DNA of 64,000 nt from NCBI GenBank assembly GCA_964057225.1, contig OZ059900.1, forward strand, positions 10,540,001 to 10,604,000, written 5' to 3'. Source of the stretch: Auanema rhodensis. Taxonomy: Eukaryota; Animalia; Nematoda. Shown here in pieces: positions 13,425-28,089 of the stretch (position 1 is its first letter; every line of letters starts with the position of its first letter). The notes beneath the pieces are model-generated. The model was not told where the DNA came from. It did not search any database and saw only the letters and a list, made by a program, of their open reading frames with translations. The translations under genes were made by a program, and so were the position numbers.

Positions 13425-16177
13425 CTCCAGATGAAAATATTGTGAGAATACGCTCAATTAATAGATTTATATATTTCTTATTTATCTAAAAAATATTTTT
13501 CGTTACATAAAGGCAAAAAAAAGTGTCCGAAGAAAAGAGATGATGCAACAGTCTGAATTGAAATAAATTTGCAATTTGAAAGTACTACAATTCAGAAAAA
13601 AGTTCAATTAAAGTGTGAATTATCTTTATAAGTAAACTGAACGTTAGATATCTTGCCTCTGTTAAGGTCAAAGAGGTCATTATATTTGGTTTTCCGATGT
13701 CATTACGTTGTAAGTGGCTGAGGACAAGTGGATGAGCACACAGAACGCTTGGTGAGGAAGAAAGGTGGATGATAAATGAGTGGACAAAAGAAATAATTGG
13801 TATAGAGAAAAGAAGCATAGGAAAAGCTGGTCAGAATAGGGGAGAGGGTTAGAGGATATATGCCATACTGAATGATACTAATCATAGCTAATTGCCTTAC
13901 ATATTTTGATTTATAAACAGATTTCTCACGATGGAAAAGTTTTTTTTTTATTGAAAAGTTATTTTTTTGAGAATAAATGAAGCATTGAAAACAAGCGAAA
14001 TAGGAAACTGGTCATTGTCAGGAAAAAACTGATGATGTTTTAGCTGAGCTACTGTCGTTGACGACAACTTGTTCAACTTGACAACTATCAATGCAAGAGA
14101 AACAACGCACAAAACTTTCACTTTACGCCATTTGTACGATGATATTTTCAATTTTTTTTAAACATAACTATGAATACGACTCATATCAGTTAATTAACAA
14201 ATTATAAACGGCTTTTACGTAACAGTTTCATGGTAAACTATTAAACTTCGGCAATAAATAGCATATTGGATAAGAAACAGAACACTAAAAGTATTAATCA
14301 GCAGTAAATTTAAAACGGAAGCAGATATTAGAGCAGTATAGACAATGCTATGATGAAAAGATAATCAAGGATTCGTATTCAAGTGAAGAGCTCGAGGCCA
14401 ATCATCTCTTGTGTACGCTCTCGCAATCACAATATCTCTTATACATCTCTTTTCGGAGCCAAAAGCGTTAGTCTTCGCCTCTTACCTTTCTTTGCCTTCA
14501 CTACTCATCATCAGGGAGAGCCGTTACTTTCAAAAATCTCATCATATTCTTGTGTTGTCGTTAACTCATCGCATACAGTTTCTCTGTCTCATTTCTATCT
14601 TACCATCTCTCCCACTCCTTCATTCAATTATTTTCTTTCTGAGCATCTCACTATAGTATTTTTCTTTCTTCTCTTCCTATTTGTATCTCTTCAGATCTCT
14701 CATCAGACTTGAATATTCGCCCATTTCTATAGATGAGCACACTCCACGTGAGCTTCGTTCTTTATCTAATCTTACGCCCATACACGTACAAACGCATTCC
14801 TAGTTTTTTTAAAATGAACTTCGTTGACGATGATTCAATAAAAAGAATTTAAGTAAAAAGCAAATAATCAAATAGTTATTTTAAATGAAAACAGCTGAAA
14901 TGGGAAAACAGCAGCAGATCCCGGAACGAAAATGCTGCGGCAGATTCAGTTCCTCAACAGCAAATGTGAAAGATTTGAGAGCAATCAAGAAGTACAAAAC
15001 AACATTTCTAGGTAAAACTATGTATAAGAAATATAAAAAAGTAGATTAGCTGGTTAGTACAACTTATGCTTTTTGTTTCTGAGAAATGAAAAAAGTAGTT
15101 TTACTTCCTTCAATTTGTTTCACTGTACGTTTTTCCTTTCAGGCTTTGACAGCTGAATTTGATTGATTACACCTCATTTTCATTGAGAAAAAAACAAGAA
15201 ATTTGGTAATTAATTCATTACAGGAGAGTGATTAACTGTGTGGTATTACATAGAATATTTTTAAATTTTAACTTATGTTGAGTTCAATGTTCATGTTCTT
15301 TGAAACTGAACTGATTTGAAATATGTTAATTATATGATATAAAATATAATAATCGAATAATGTAAAGATAAACACATATTCTGAGCAACAAAACTAGATT
15401 TTATTGGAAAATGAATTCGGCTCTCATCTTATGAGATCTCTTGTATAATCTTAAACATCTCACTGTATGTGACTGTCCTTGATATATAATACATCTATAG
15501 ACAGTGATAATGAAACAGCTTATAATGTTATTGATTGAAATGAACAATATTTTCAAAAAATTATAAAATCAGCTTACAGATAACTAGCACATAAATTTAT
15601 TTTTTATACAACAAACAACACATGATAACTTTAAAATTTTAATAACTAATCTTCAAATATCTTATGAAGTTTCAATAATATCTCCTTGTTTATTTATATT
15701 CCTGAAAATTTCGATGCAACTTCATTCATTCTTCTCTCACCCTTTTCAGTGAGCTATTATGTGTTCATGGAAAGACGACGAAAAAATACAAGAAAATGAA
15801 AATGAAATTTTCGCTAACAAGATGCGCCGATTTGCTGTTGACCCAATTCCCAGTTTGTATATACATATCTAAGATCTACGTACCTGTTGTCGATTTCCTC
15901 TCATCTACATCTTCCATATACGCAAAAATCTCTTCATCTGGTAGTCGATTATCCTTCTATGCGTTGCCTAACTGGCTAGAAAATCATGAACTACAGATAT
16001 TTTTCTTTTTTATATCTTATTATATGGATACATGTTGCAAAAGCATTTGATGTACCTTGCTCACGTGAGTTCATTTGTTTTTTTTTTTCAAATTTTAACT
16101 TTTTTTCTTAAAGATTATCGATTTATCGATTTTTCGATTTTTCTCTCTTTTTGTTGTTGAAATAATCAATGTTTCAG

Positions 16178-18113
16178 AGAAATTAGTCAGAGAAAAGTGT
16201 GGTTACGATGAAGAATGCTATGGTGAGAACACCGTATGTCGAAACAACCGATGTACTTGTCCAACAAATTTTGAAGAATTTGATATTGATGAAAAAACAA
16301 TAATCTGTCGTTTAGGTATAGTACAAAGCTATTACAATTATTATAATTGAGTTGTTTTTGGTTTAAAACATTGGCCAATCTTGTTTTTTTTTAAATTTTA
16401 TCTTTACAGCTCCATCGAATATAGGCGATTCATGTCAGAGAGATTGTAAACCACCTCTACTATGTCGTGATGGCCGTTGTGAATGCTTTGGTGGATCTAT
16501 TATTAAAGGAGCCTGTCGTGTTGGTTTGTAATAAAATTCATCTAGTTTAACTAATGCTGCTAACAATTTTTTCATTTTTCCATTTTCAGCCTGTCCACCT
16601 GGTCAGCAACTCTATGGTGTTGAATGTCAACGTGTTGCTCATTACAGTCAATCCTGTGAAAAAGTAAGTGCTAGTTTAATTCTTTCCATTTATATAATAT
16701 TTTTTTAGGATAGTCAATGTGTGGATCCATTCAATACATGCACTGCTGGAACATGCCAGTGCTCTCCGGGCACTACACGTGATACAAAAAAAAACGTCTG
16801 TTTCGCAGGTTTGCAGTTCCTGATTTCTTTCCTCAATTTGCATTTTTTCCTCAGTTTGCCCTGATGGCATGAGACCACATCAATCCTGTCGACGTCTCTT
16901 TATCAACGACATTGATATGCTAGAAAGTGCTGCTAATACTGACAGCTGTCCATTGGGCTATAGATGCGCAACTTACGGAAGTCCTCATGTAGGACATTGC
17001 TGTCGTTTACGATGTCCCTATGGCGAACCTGATTTGAGGTTCGTTTACAATTAAACTTTCATTTTAAATTTGACAATTGTTTCTCATTTACATTTGTCAG
17101 CATAATGCATTATCGTGCACATTCACCTACGCATAGGAAATTTTTCAAGTTGCGAATGTCTGAGTTAGGCGGAAGTGTCTGACTTAATTTATGATGCAAA
17201 ATTCTAGTTTTAGCCTACGTATACAAAATTACAACTTCAATTCAGTTTAAAGACATTTGTGATAGTTCAATGTATATTTCACATGAATTGAACTGTAATT
17301 TGATTGATCCCACATAAAATCCATCAAAGTTTGAAACTTTTGTGACATTGCAGCCAATCTTGTGACGCAGGAGCACCAGTAGAAACAAAATGTCGTCCAC
17401 TAACTCATTTCTGTTATACAATTAGCGAACCAGGGTATGAAGTATTGGTTGGCGAAGGTATCACGACTATGCTTATAGATGGAAGACATCCCTCTGTTGT
17501 CCTCGACCTTGTAGAGATCCAACACCCTTATATGTTAATGGGTCATGCTTATCTATTGCTCATCGCGATGATCCATGCCAAATTGATCAACAAGTAAAAC
17601 AAAAAACAATATTTATTCTTTATTTTGAAATTTTAGTGTGAAGGAGGAATAACAATGGGTTGCATTCTTGGTACATGTCAATGCAAGCTAGGATTTCAGA
17701 AGGTGAGCATATAAATTCTACAATTATACCTGAGCTCAAAGCATGAATATTGATTTTGTGCAATTTAGAATAATGATGGGCGATTTCCAACTTGCGAGAA
17801 AATCTGTGATTCTATTAATGAGGTTCCATCTAATGAGATATGCTTGCCAAAAGCCAAATTAATGCAAAGATGCTTAAGTACAAAACAGTGCCCGAATTTC
17901 GCCGAATGTCACTTCGGTCACTGTCGTTGCTTATGCGGATATCAACAAGCATCGGTATATATAACTGAGTAAACCACAGTTCTAATTTTCCTTCATGTGT
18001 TATAGGATAACATACTTGGAGCTCGTTGTACTAATCCAGAAGATCCTCTGAGCATTAATACTATTCTTACCGGAGTTGAGCAACTGTTTGGAAATAGAAG
18101 ATCAAAACCATAA
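16178..18113 (+). CDS. Cysteine-rich EB-module/WR1-type extracellular protein, multi-exon (5' end uncertain; a phase-compatible candidate exon lies at 14885-15011)
   Basis: Spliced exons read KLVREKCGYDEECYGENTVCRNNRCTCP, CQRDCKPPLLCRDGRCEC, CPLGYRCATYGSPHVGHCC, CLSTKQCPNFAECHFGHCRCLCGY and so on, ending ...LFGNRRSKP* (TAA 18111-18113). Introns are canonical and short. Confidence 0.8.
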
Positions 18114-18873
18114 TATAAAGAAGGAGAGTCGATATATACGGGTTTTTAATTGTTTTAAATCATGAACATGATGCATAAACATGATTAAATGCATTGAAAT
18201 ATTATAAGTTTATGATATTTTACTAAAGAATCGAATCAATAAATAGTTAATAGTAATATAGAAAGTGATGCCAGGAGCGAACTATGCGGTTTTTCTAAGT
18301 TATAGCTAAAGGAAAAGTCGTTAGTTATTGAAAAGCTTCAATTTTGAGCTTTTATTCACAGGTTTGTAGAAAAAACTGTAAACATATTTCCCATAATCCC
18401 AAGCAGATTTTTTTATTTTTTTATAATTTTCGAATCTAAGATGAAATTAGCTATTGGATTATTCAGAAGTTGTAATCTCGAATAATTTCTGAAATTTTAC
18501 TAGTTTATATTTTCATTTAATAAAATGATACAATTTAAGTGCAATATACTATATTTGTTAAAGTTATTATTTACACAAATGAAGCTAAGTACAAGCTGAT
18601 TATGAAATAGGGCCAATCTTTCAATTTTGATTGAGACAAAAATAATAAGAAATATTTAGTTAGAATTTAGAGACATGATATTGTATGTTAGAGTTTCTGA
18701 AAATCGAATAAAATTTGATGTGAACTCCTATTTAGTTCAGCAATAGTAGTTTATTAGTTTGTGCTTTTTCTATAAGCATTATTTTTTACGATATATTTCC
18801 TATTTTCTTAATTTTTTTCAGTTTTTATTGAATATTTTATAATTTTTAAATAATAAAATGTGCTAATTAATTA

Positions 18874-21800
18874 TTACATGATTAAGTTGGCTAGTCTTGA
18901 CAAAGCAAAACTTAATAATATGGCAGTGAACAAGTTTGAAACAGCAGATGAATTTCTTCTGGCTGGTCGTTTTGTAGTTGTGCTAGTTGGAGCAGCGGTA
19001 GTGGTCTCACTTTCGAATAATCCAATGACTAATTCTCCCTAAGATTTGGAAAATAAATTGCAATTCTTCAGCAACTTGGACAAACCTGGTCGTTTCCAAA
19101 TCCACTATCAGCTGGATTTCCAGGTACGCAATTGACAGTGTCACCAATAACCAAGGTGAAGAGTTTATCGTCACAGACACAAGTTGTTCCATTGCAGTGT
19201 GAATCCAACAAGCATTCTTGTCCATGAGTACATTCTCCTCCTGGATAAGCGACACGATCCTCGCTAAGTAAGCGTCCAGAACCACCTGCAGAGTCACGTG
19301 GGCTTGGAATTTCTTCGCTGTAAATAATGTTATTGAAATTCATATGGCAGTATTTACATACGCAGTGAAAGGTGTTCCTTGTCCATCCCATCCAATGTAA
19401 GCTTGATCAATTTCATTTTGGTTTTGAAGCCAGCTGATAAGTGGCTCATAGTACTCAAGCAATGGAGTGACATCCAATTCAGCTGTGAAAATAGTTTCTC
19501 ATACCAATTTCACTGTAGTAGCTTACCTTTTCCGGTGATTAATTCCAAGGTATTCAACCAGCTAATAGAAGATCCCTTCTTCATAGCGGTCATCAACTTT
19601 TCGGTTGTATCTTCAGACAGAATACATCCTTCACTCTTAAAGCGTATACTTGAAAATATCCAATTAAGTTATTGAAATCGTACCAGAATTGCTCCTTGTG
19701 GGCAGACAGACTTGAGAATTTGGAATTGAGCAATATAAGTAATTACATCTCTAATAGCTGGTGTATGTTTCTATAATTTGTTTCACTATTATAGTCTGTA
19801 GTTGATTACTTGGAATACCTCAGCTATAAGTGGCATAACAAGAGCATCCAAGTTGGATGAGTTGTATGGTTGAGGAGCACGAACTCCATCATATTCCTTG
19901 CGAAGTTCCCACCAGCGATCATTCATTTTGGGAGTTGGTACCTTGCCTTCGAAAAGCTCGTACCTCCAGTTATCAGCGGCTAATTGCAATGGGATCTTGG
20001 CAACATTTTCAAGAGCTTCTCTATAATAATAGAAAATGAATCATCAAATTACGGTCATGTTAATTAATCTTACTTGTATAGTCTGTTGATGACTACTGAA
20101 TCACGAATCTCAAGATGATCAGCTGGAACAAGTTTTTGAGCGTACAAGTAATGTGGATTGACCGATAAATGAGAGAAAACATTTGCGATAGCTTCGTTGA
20201 TTGAAGATGAAGCAGGCTCTCTGAAAATTTTAAAGATATGTAATCAGATATGTGATCAGTTTTCTGTCAAAAAAGCCAATTATAAGATAATTTGCCAGCA
20301 AACACTCAGTGTGAAAATATACCTGAAGAGAAGAGGCTGCTCACGGTAGAGGTATTGATAGTAAGTTTGCGCCATCAATGAGTGGGCTAATTTGAAATCA
20401 GAATCACCAATTTGAGCGCAGACTTTAACTCTATAAGTAAATTAATTAGATAAGGTTGGTTATATGCAGTTTCACATCAAACTGCTAATATTTAATAGGA
20501 TTTACCTGAAATCTTTCTCGTCTCTCATATCAATGGCTGCTGGTGGATTGCAAATCATGTCGCGACTCCAAACACGAACAAAGACAGAATTAGTCCAAAA
20601 TGTTTTTGGAAGAGTTGGGAATCCAACAGATTTGAAATAACGATAAGCCTAAAATCACTTATATAATGTGATTAACGATAATTATCATAAATTAATGATA
20701 ATTGAATCGTCTAGACGTTACACATACCTTAACAAACATCTGTTTAGCAGTAATATTCTGCGATTGGAAAGTGGTCATTAAATCTTCAGTAATGAGATCC
20801 TTGTCATCGAATGGCTTTGTTTGCTCGTAATGAACAGCCCAATCTCCATCAACAGATCCTAGCAAATGAGCTGGAATCATGGAGTCCTTGCTAAGATCAC
20901 GGGCATCTTTGTAAATTCCTGCTAATTGTCTTCTGATATAAGCGTGAAGCTGAAAGAAGATGCGAATTCAATTTGAAAATTTCGATTTATTTCAAACCTG
21001 TTGATAAAATGGTTGAAGTTTTTCGTTGATTTGCTTCATTAATCCCTTAATGTCAATCTTGGGTTTTCCGCTTTTGCCAGATTGATCAATAGCACTAATC
21101 CACATAGATCCACCGTCAGCGAAACCATTGACTTTACCTCCTTAAAGAGATATGAAAAGTAAATTCAGTTTCATTCATTCTTGAAACATGTTTGTATTTT
21201 CACAAACCTTTGTTAGTTAAATCAATAAGCTTCTGATAGTTCTGCTTAGCTCCAGCAATAGCCTTGGAGTAATTAACAAAAAGAGCTGAGAGACGGGTAG
21301 CGTTCTTATCATTTTGGAAAATGCTCTCCAGATCAACTTTTCTTAAATCCAATTAATGATGACATGTATGAAGATAACTATATACCTAAGAGCACATGGT
21401 GGGTCAACATCAGCGTCGCAAATTGGAGCATTATGAATCAACTGGTTGATCTGCAAAGACGTCAGAACTAATATTCATTTTGCACTGCAAGATTAATCTT
21501 ACGTTCTTGTTAGCTTTAGAAAATTGGGTAAAATCAGCATTTGAAAGAGCAGACATTCCTTCAAAAGATACGCTCTCAAGTTGTTTTTTCAAAGCTTCAT
21601 CCTTAATTTCGGAAGTATCGAACTGCTTAGCTTGCATGGAAGTAGATTTAACAAACAGAGCCAAAACCTATAATATGAAGAAAACTATAGCTTGCAATTA
21701 AATAGATTAACATACATCTTCAGCTTCATCAAGAGAAGCTTTAGCTCCAGGTGATGCATTTGTGACGTATGTCCAACTGGCCTTAGCGATTTCTCTCAAA

Positions 21801-22366
21801 ATCTTAAATGCGATTTTTTAATTGATGCAAACAGGTTGTGATTCTGAGTTGTCTACCTTTTTAGCCTCATCTTGGTACCCGTCAAGCCAGCTTGCAAGTT
21901 TTTTCTCATCCTTAACTGAACCTGCTTCCTATAATTGCGATTTTATTGAGCGACTATTTTATACAACACTCACTTCAATTCCGGTCATATCCCAGTAACT
22001 GCTGGAATTAATAAGAGCAAATGCATGAGGATTAGCGTGAACAGTCTTGTTTGACTTAGGACCCTAAAATATAACAAAATGAGATTCACTCTGGAGCATG
22101 TCTCTCGAACAGCAATGGATCCAGTATTCAAAAATTTGTTGACGAGTTCTTCGATAATCTCATCGTTGACGGCATCAGGAATAGCATTTGCCTGAATTTG
22201 ATAATAAACGCTAAAAACACCGTTATGATCATACCCCAGCTTCAGTTACATCTCCATAATCTTCCGAGTCTATGTTATCAAATTTGATTGCAGCTTCTGG
22301 AGCTTCTTCAGCTGCATATACCACCAGTATAAACGGTAATAGCAGCAACGTCTTTGATATCCACAT
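18874..22366 (-). CDS. acn-1: ACE-like non-peptidase (peptidase M2 fold lacking HEXXH), multi-exon
   Basis: Signal peptide MWISKTLLLLPFILVVYA. M2-family motifs IPAHLLGS, WRYELFEG and RWWELRKEYDGVRAP. The HEXXH site reads AHSLMAQTYYQYLY, as in nematode ACN-1. C-terminal EB-like Cys module and hydrophobic GPI-like tail. ATTTCAG acceptor just upstream of the ATG. Confidence 0.93.
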
Positions 22367-25300
22367 TGCTACTGAAATATAAAAAATGCTATAAATAAAT
22401 TTTCGAAAAATGCTTTCCGAAATAAAATAAGGTAACAAGCAATCACGAGAACTAAAAGTGCGAGTTGAACTAGACCGGTGAAGACCAACTGGCTTGATCT
22501 TGATTCTAGTTGGAACGATGACGTTAGACGAACAAATGAGGTCATTTCTGTTCTGCCGATTCTTGGTGGTAGACGGTAGTGGTGGTGATGAAGGGAGGGG
22601 AGTGTTGACTGGGTACAGAGAAATAGGGGGGATAGGATAACAATCAATGTTAAACGATTTATACTTAAGGATGAGAAAACTATCATGTTCTATAAAGCCG
22701 ACAAGAACTTTTATTATGAGTTGATAAAAAAACAAGAAAAAAATGATGGTCGAAAGACGTGAATAAAAGAATGAATGTTCTCTATAAAATTAGAAAATGT
22801 GGAAAGTTCGGACAATTGAAGCAATTTATAGACGGTAATATGATGAGAGTCAATGAGAAAGGTCTGAGGTCAGGAAAAAAACAAGATTTTAAAACATAGT
22901 TTTTCGAAAAAAAAATGTAAGTGAAAATGTAAAAAGAGCTAACAAAAATAAGGATAAATTGATAGAGAGAGGTATGCATTAAAGCTATGAGGTGATACAA
23001 AAATGTGATTGAGTTAGCATTTCATCACAACTTTTTGTACAAAGATTTTTTGAGAACTGCTTCTGAATCGGGTCACGCAGTTGTATAAGTCTTTTACATG
23101 AACGATGTAGACGAACGACACTGATAACTGATGAAAACAAATTCAAGTAATTGCGTTTGTTATAGTTCATCATGTTCATCTTTTCTTTTAATTTTCAGTA
23201 ACAATGGCAAGATATGGATGTAGGTAATCACCACATATTGGTTAAATAATCAGTATTAATTAGCTATGACATGTGGACAAATGAATTTGCATCCTTTTTT
23301 TTGACCGAAAATAACATGAAATGTTTGAAGTCAACTAAATGTAAATAGAAAGTGGTAGCTAAACGTTTTGTGAGTGTCTAACGCAATTCAGCTGAAGAAA
23401 AGGACGATTGACGAAAGAACCAGGTCAGCCTATTTTGCCGATTGCTGGAAGGGGGAAAGGGGAGGATATGATGAAATGGTAGGAAGAGCGCTCTGATTCA
23501 AATGAGACAGACAGTTTAATGAATGTGCGGGGGATGGGGAAGATACGGCTGTCTCAGTCTCGCCTTGACCGTTCAAAGGCTATGTCCTTGACGTTCACTC
23601 ATCCGATATTCGCATCTCAAACTAATGTGAAATTCCTATCATCAGTGCGATAGAGCAAGAGAGGTAAAAGAACTTGGAGAGGTAGACTATTCGAAAGTGA
23701 AGAAATGACTATGAAAGATAACATAATGAAAAGACCCCCTCTGGTCAAACTTAAATGAAGTGAGAAGAGCAGAAAAGGAGATAAAAAGAGGATTTATGGA
23801 TAAAAAATGAATTATTATTTGTATAATCTGTCTGGAAGAAATAGTTGATTGTGAGATGTATTAGACAGAATATGATGATCATGCTGCGAATAGAATTAAG
23901 TTTTCATTCGTATACAGTTAAATAGAACATTAGGATAAAGCAGTAGAGACGTTGCAAATGAATTAAAAGAGAGAGGATGACGGGGGAGTGGGGTGATCTG
24001 AGAGGCTAACTATAAGATCTACAGCTAAAACTTGTTGCAGTCGTTTACAATGAGATGTGAAGCATATTGGACAATCATCATATATAATAAATAAAAAAAA
24101 ACAAAAATGAAATGAAAGAAGCAACAATCTCTTGTTAATCTTGTTTTATAAATAGTTTTATCTACGATTGACTGTGTCACACTTGAATGAAATAACGAAG
24201 TTTCTCTTGAATATTCAATTCATTTGGACAGATTTGTTATAAAAGAATATGTTTGATGATGAGATTGAGACAAAGAATCTTAAACTTTTTATGCAAATTC
24301 AAAAAAACTGTCACTTGATTGAGAAAGTCAGTTTGCTTTTCAAATTAGCATTTAAGATTTGGAATATGTATTGCTTTAATCAGTTTCTTGCATTGGTTCC
24401 ACTTAAATCAAACAGATTAAAGCTTTGAGATGGATGCGAAATCGGTTGTTCGAATCATTTTTTATGCCATTTTCGTTTTATAATACTAGTATAGATATGC
24501 AAATTGTACTGTTGCTTCCAAATTGTTCCATATACTTGTGTTCAAGTGAAATGATCTATGTCTATCTTTATTGATAGTTGCAAGTAGTCGAAAAAAGATT
24601 TTTACACGTCAGAATTGGCTATTGATATCAAACAGTCTGACCTAGATTGGCTGTCTCTTCTCTGTTAAAATGGGTCAAGCCGATTGATGATCACGCCAAA
24701 CAGTATGACGATGGTGATGGTTTGGTTGGAGGGAAAGAGGGGAGAATCAAACGCAAAGGAAGAAGATTAGATAGATGTTCGTAGTTATCTGCATGTATAT
24801 GCGTATGTGTGTTCGTTGAATACAGATGTAATATTGTATATACTCATCAATCGCAGACAGTCAATCCTTCTTGATGCTTGACAGATAGAACGAGAAAAAA
24901 GAAAGAGAGAACAGCAGAGATAAACGAATCAGAGGAATAAGATTACAGATCTTGTTTTTCCTGCGTTTCATCTGTGTATATGAAAAGTTGAATATAACAA
25001 TAAGATCACGAGATCAATTTCGAAATCTTCCGAAAGAAGATGAAAATGAATTTTTTCGAATTTAAAAATAATCCTTTTACAATTTTGATAAAACTGGTTC
25101 TTAAGTTATATTAAAATAGTTTATTTCAATAAAAAAATATATTTTACTTGGATAATGTGAGAAGAAGAATAGAAATCGAATTTAGATTATAATTTGAGAA
25201 TATGGTTTTGCTTTCTTTTCTTTTGATGTTTTAAGTATTTGTTTCTGTTGTTCTCTATCAAAATAGTTGTTTTATTCAAGAAACTTCATTGTGCCAAATG

Positions 25301-25734
25301 AAAAAGATATGTGAAATACATTATACATTTGTTAATTAAATATTTGATATAAACCAAATAAATACACAACACTTGAAAACAAAACATTTTATTTCGTTTT
25401 ATCACTTATAGTTGTGTATTGATTTTATTACATTCTTTATACAATGTGATATTTGTAAGATGGTTAACCATACATCACTTGAAAATGCATATGTATAATC
25501 TAAAATATCATTATCATTTCTGAAAAAAATGCTCTAATAGAGCACGTTATATGTGCAGACTCAATCATAGGTTAGATCAATGATACGTTTAAATGAAGCA
25601 AAAACCTCATGAAAATATTATTTTCTCCGGGAAAAAATTATTTTGAATAAAAATGGCAAAATTCAAACTAATTAATTTGGTTTAAAATGGATTGGTAGAA
25701 AAACAGTTGCGTAGTTACTTCGATTTCACATTCA

Positions 25735-26206
25735 TCATTGTATGTAGAACTTTTGGCACCGAGCTAGATTTATTGGAGGATGTACCTGCATAAATAACAT
25801 AGTTATAGCAATCATAGTTTGTTCTTACAAATATTATATCTCGTTTAGTGATTCCTAGACTTACTCCACTGTCGCTTCGTTTAATAACGGTTCCATGATA
25901 TGTTAATCTAAAAAAATATTGCATCATGTTCAGAAAAAATTCATTTAACTCACGTGAGAGAATTTACATCACGGTTTAATTTATTGGCAATTTTTTCATA
26001 AGTGTCATACATTTGTGCACCATAGTTAATACGAATTTTAAACAAAAATCGAGCCTTAATAATAATAAAGTAAAAATTTTAAAAAAGGAACTTACTCCAC
26101 TGAGAATATATACATCAACATATGTAATAGCGTACAATCGTTTTCTAAATTCAGCATTTGCTTCATATTTCTGGCGAGCTTCACGAAGTTGCAATCTAGT
26201 AATCAT
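25735..26206 (-). CDS. ~113-aa SUMO-like/ubiquitin-fold protein without C-terminal GG (exons 26206-26096, 26054-25954, 25907-~25829, ~25785-25735)
   Basis: Introns of 41, 46 and 43 nt keep the frame: MITRLQLREARQKYEANAEFRKRLYAITYVDVYILSGARFLFKIRINYGAQMYDTYEKIANKLNRDVNSLTLTYHGTVIKRSDSGVSLGITKRDIIFVHPPINLARCQKFYIQ*. The segment NSLTLTYHGTVIKRSDSGVSLGITKRDIIFV parallels SUMO [31 protein letters not shown]. Confidence 0.7.
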
Positions 26207-28089
26207 CTTTTAGTACAACTTGGAGAACAATTACAGATCGAGACGCTCAGCCAAAAAAAGCACAAATGCTAAAGAGGTACAGATGCTGCGCGACACAGTG
26301 ACACTGGGGGGTTAGGTCAGAGAGTGGATTAGCAAGCCACCAGCCAAGACAGGCTATAGACAATAGAGCTCAGACTTTCGGAGAGAGGTTCTTCAACAAT
26401 TATAGTAGCACCTGTCGTCCAAATTTATGTTGAACGATCTGAAATAATCCTTTTTTGGTAAAAATATTATATGTATATACATCTAACGATCTATAAGTAT
26501 GTACATAAAGACATAAAATTTGTAACTTGATACAAGATTCACATATAACTATACTATATTACATCATATACATATTAAGAGAGTATTTAGTTAGATTTCA
26601 GAAACAGAAATATTGAAGAGAAGAAAAGCATAAATATGTTTAGAAATATGAATTTGTTTTATTAATTATGTAAAAAACGGCAATTTCTTACGTTAAATAT
26701 ATTATATTACTGATTATTAGTATTTAGTTTACAGGTAACGGGGTTCTAAGTAAATATAAACCGAGTATTATTTGTGCTTCTTAACCTATACACCCTATAT
26801 GCACAGTAAGAGGTTGAATAAAAAGTCTTACACGAATAACATCAGTTCATATCTTCATGTGTGAAACATGCTAATGTGGTGCTTGATACTGGCAGAGTTA
26901 AATTTATTATGACAGAAGCCTTTTATTTCATCATCGATGAGACACCTAATAAAAATATTGATTGAGAATTGGATATGCGAAGCTTGCATGAATCCCAATA
27001 ACAGCAGAACACCCTTAACTATGAATGTTTGTCATTAGATTAAGAATTCAAAACAATGTTATATATGATATTCATAATTATATGAACAGTTTAAATATTA
27101 ATAATCCAAACAATATTAATCAATTTATATTCAATATACGTGAATCTAAGTGTATATACGTCTTATAAAATATAAGAAAATAGAATCGTCATCTGAAAAA
27201 TATAGTATACATAGATTATATCATAAACCTATCAAAATTATTATATATTATAGTTCACACAATTAGATATAATCAAAAAATTTACAATATGTATGTGACT
27301 TATGAAGAATGGCTCGCATATATCATATAGATATGAAGCAGATGATATTACATCATTAGATAAGATTTAGCTAATCTGAAAAAGATTAGGGAACAATAAT
27401 GGAATAAACCAAAGCGTTTATCATATATCTGTGATCAACTTTAACATTATAATAACCTAAATATGTGATATTTGATGAATCGAATTCACAAAATTGCTGA
27501 AAGAAGACAACATAATGGCTTCTGTTGACTGTTTGTAGGATACAGAATGCAGAGGGCAAATGCAATGTAACGCTTCTATTTGAATGAGAAACATATAAAA
27601 CTTGAAACAATGTTTAAAATAAAATGTTATATTAGGCTTGTAATCAAAAGAAAAAATTGAAAAAGACAGTAATCAGCTATGAGCTAAAATACTGAAGCGA
27701 GTACTGGCGAACGAGAAAAGATTAAATGAAATAGATCAATAAAAAGTAGCTGAAAGAGACGAAAAACACTGCAAATTATGAGAGAGGGGAATCGAGAGAT
27801 TTATAATTTTGAATGAAGCGAAAAAAAAATAAAAAAAGAATAACAGGTATAAAAGCAAATTGGAAAAAATTATGCTGATACGAAGAAAAGAGATGACCTG
27901 TTCACAACAGAATTTCTCGAAACTTATTTAAAATTTTAAATGAATTTGTGAGATGAAAAAAAATTGTGCAAATGTAGTTAACTTCATGTAAAAGAAAACA
28001 GGTTAAATATTATGAAAAGTTGTATATTACATACATTTATTGTTTGAAAAACATGAGCAGCTATAAAACAACCAAGTGAAGAAAACTGA

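Noticed and set aside
20341-20400. Missing HEXXH zinc motif in the ACE-like gene, suggesting a pseudogene or novelty
   Set aside because: This is the established property of nematode ACN-1, and the gene is otherwise intact
26300-26330. TTAGG-containing segment as a telomerase RNA template or telomere remnant
   Set aside because: A single imperfect match (TTAGGT) that does not give 1.5 copies of TTAGGC
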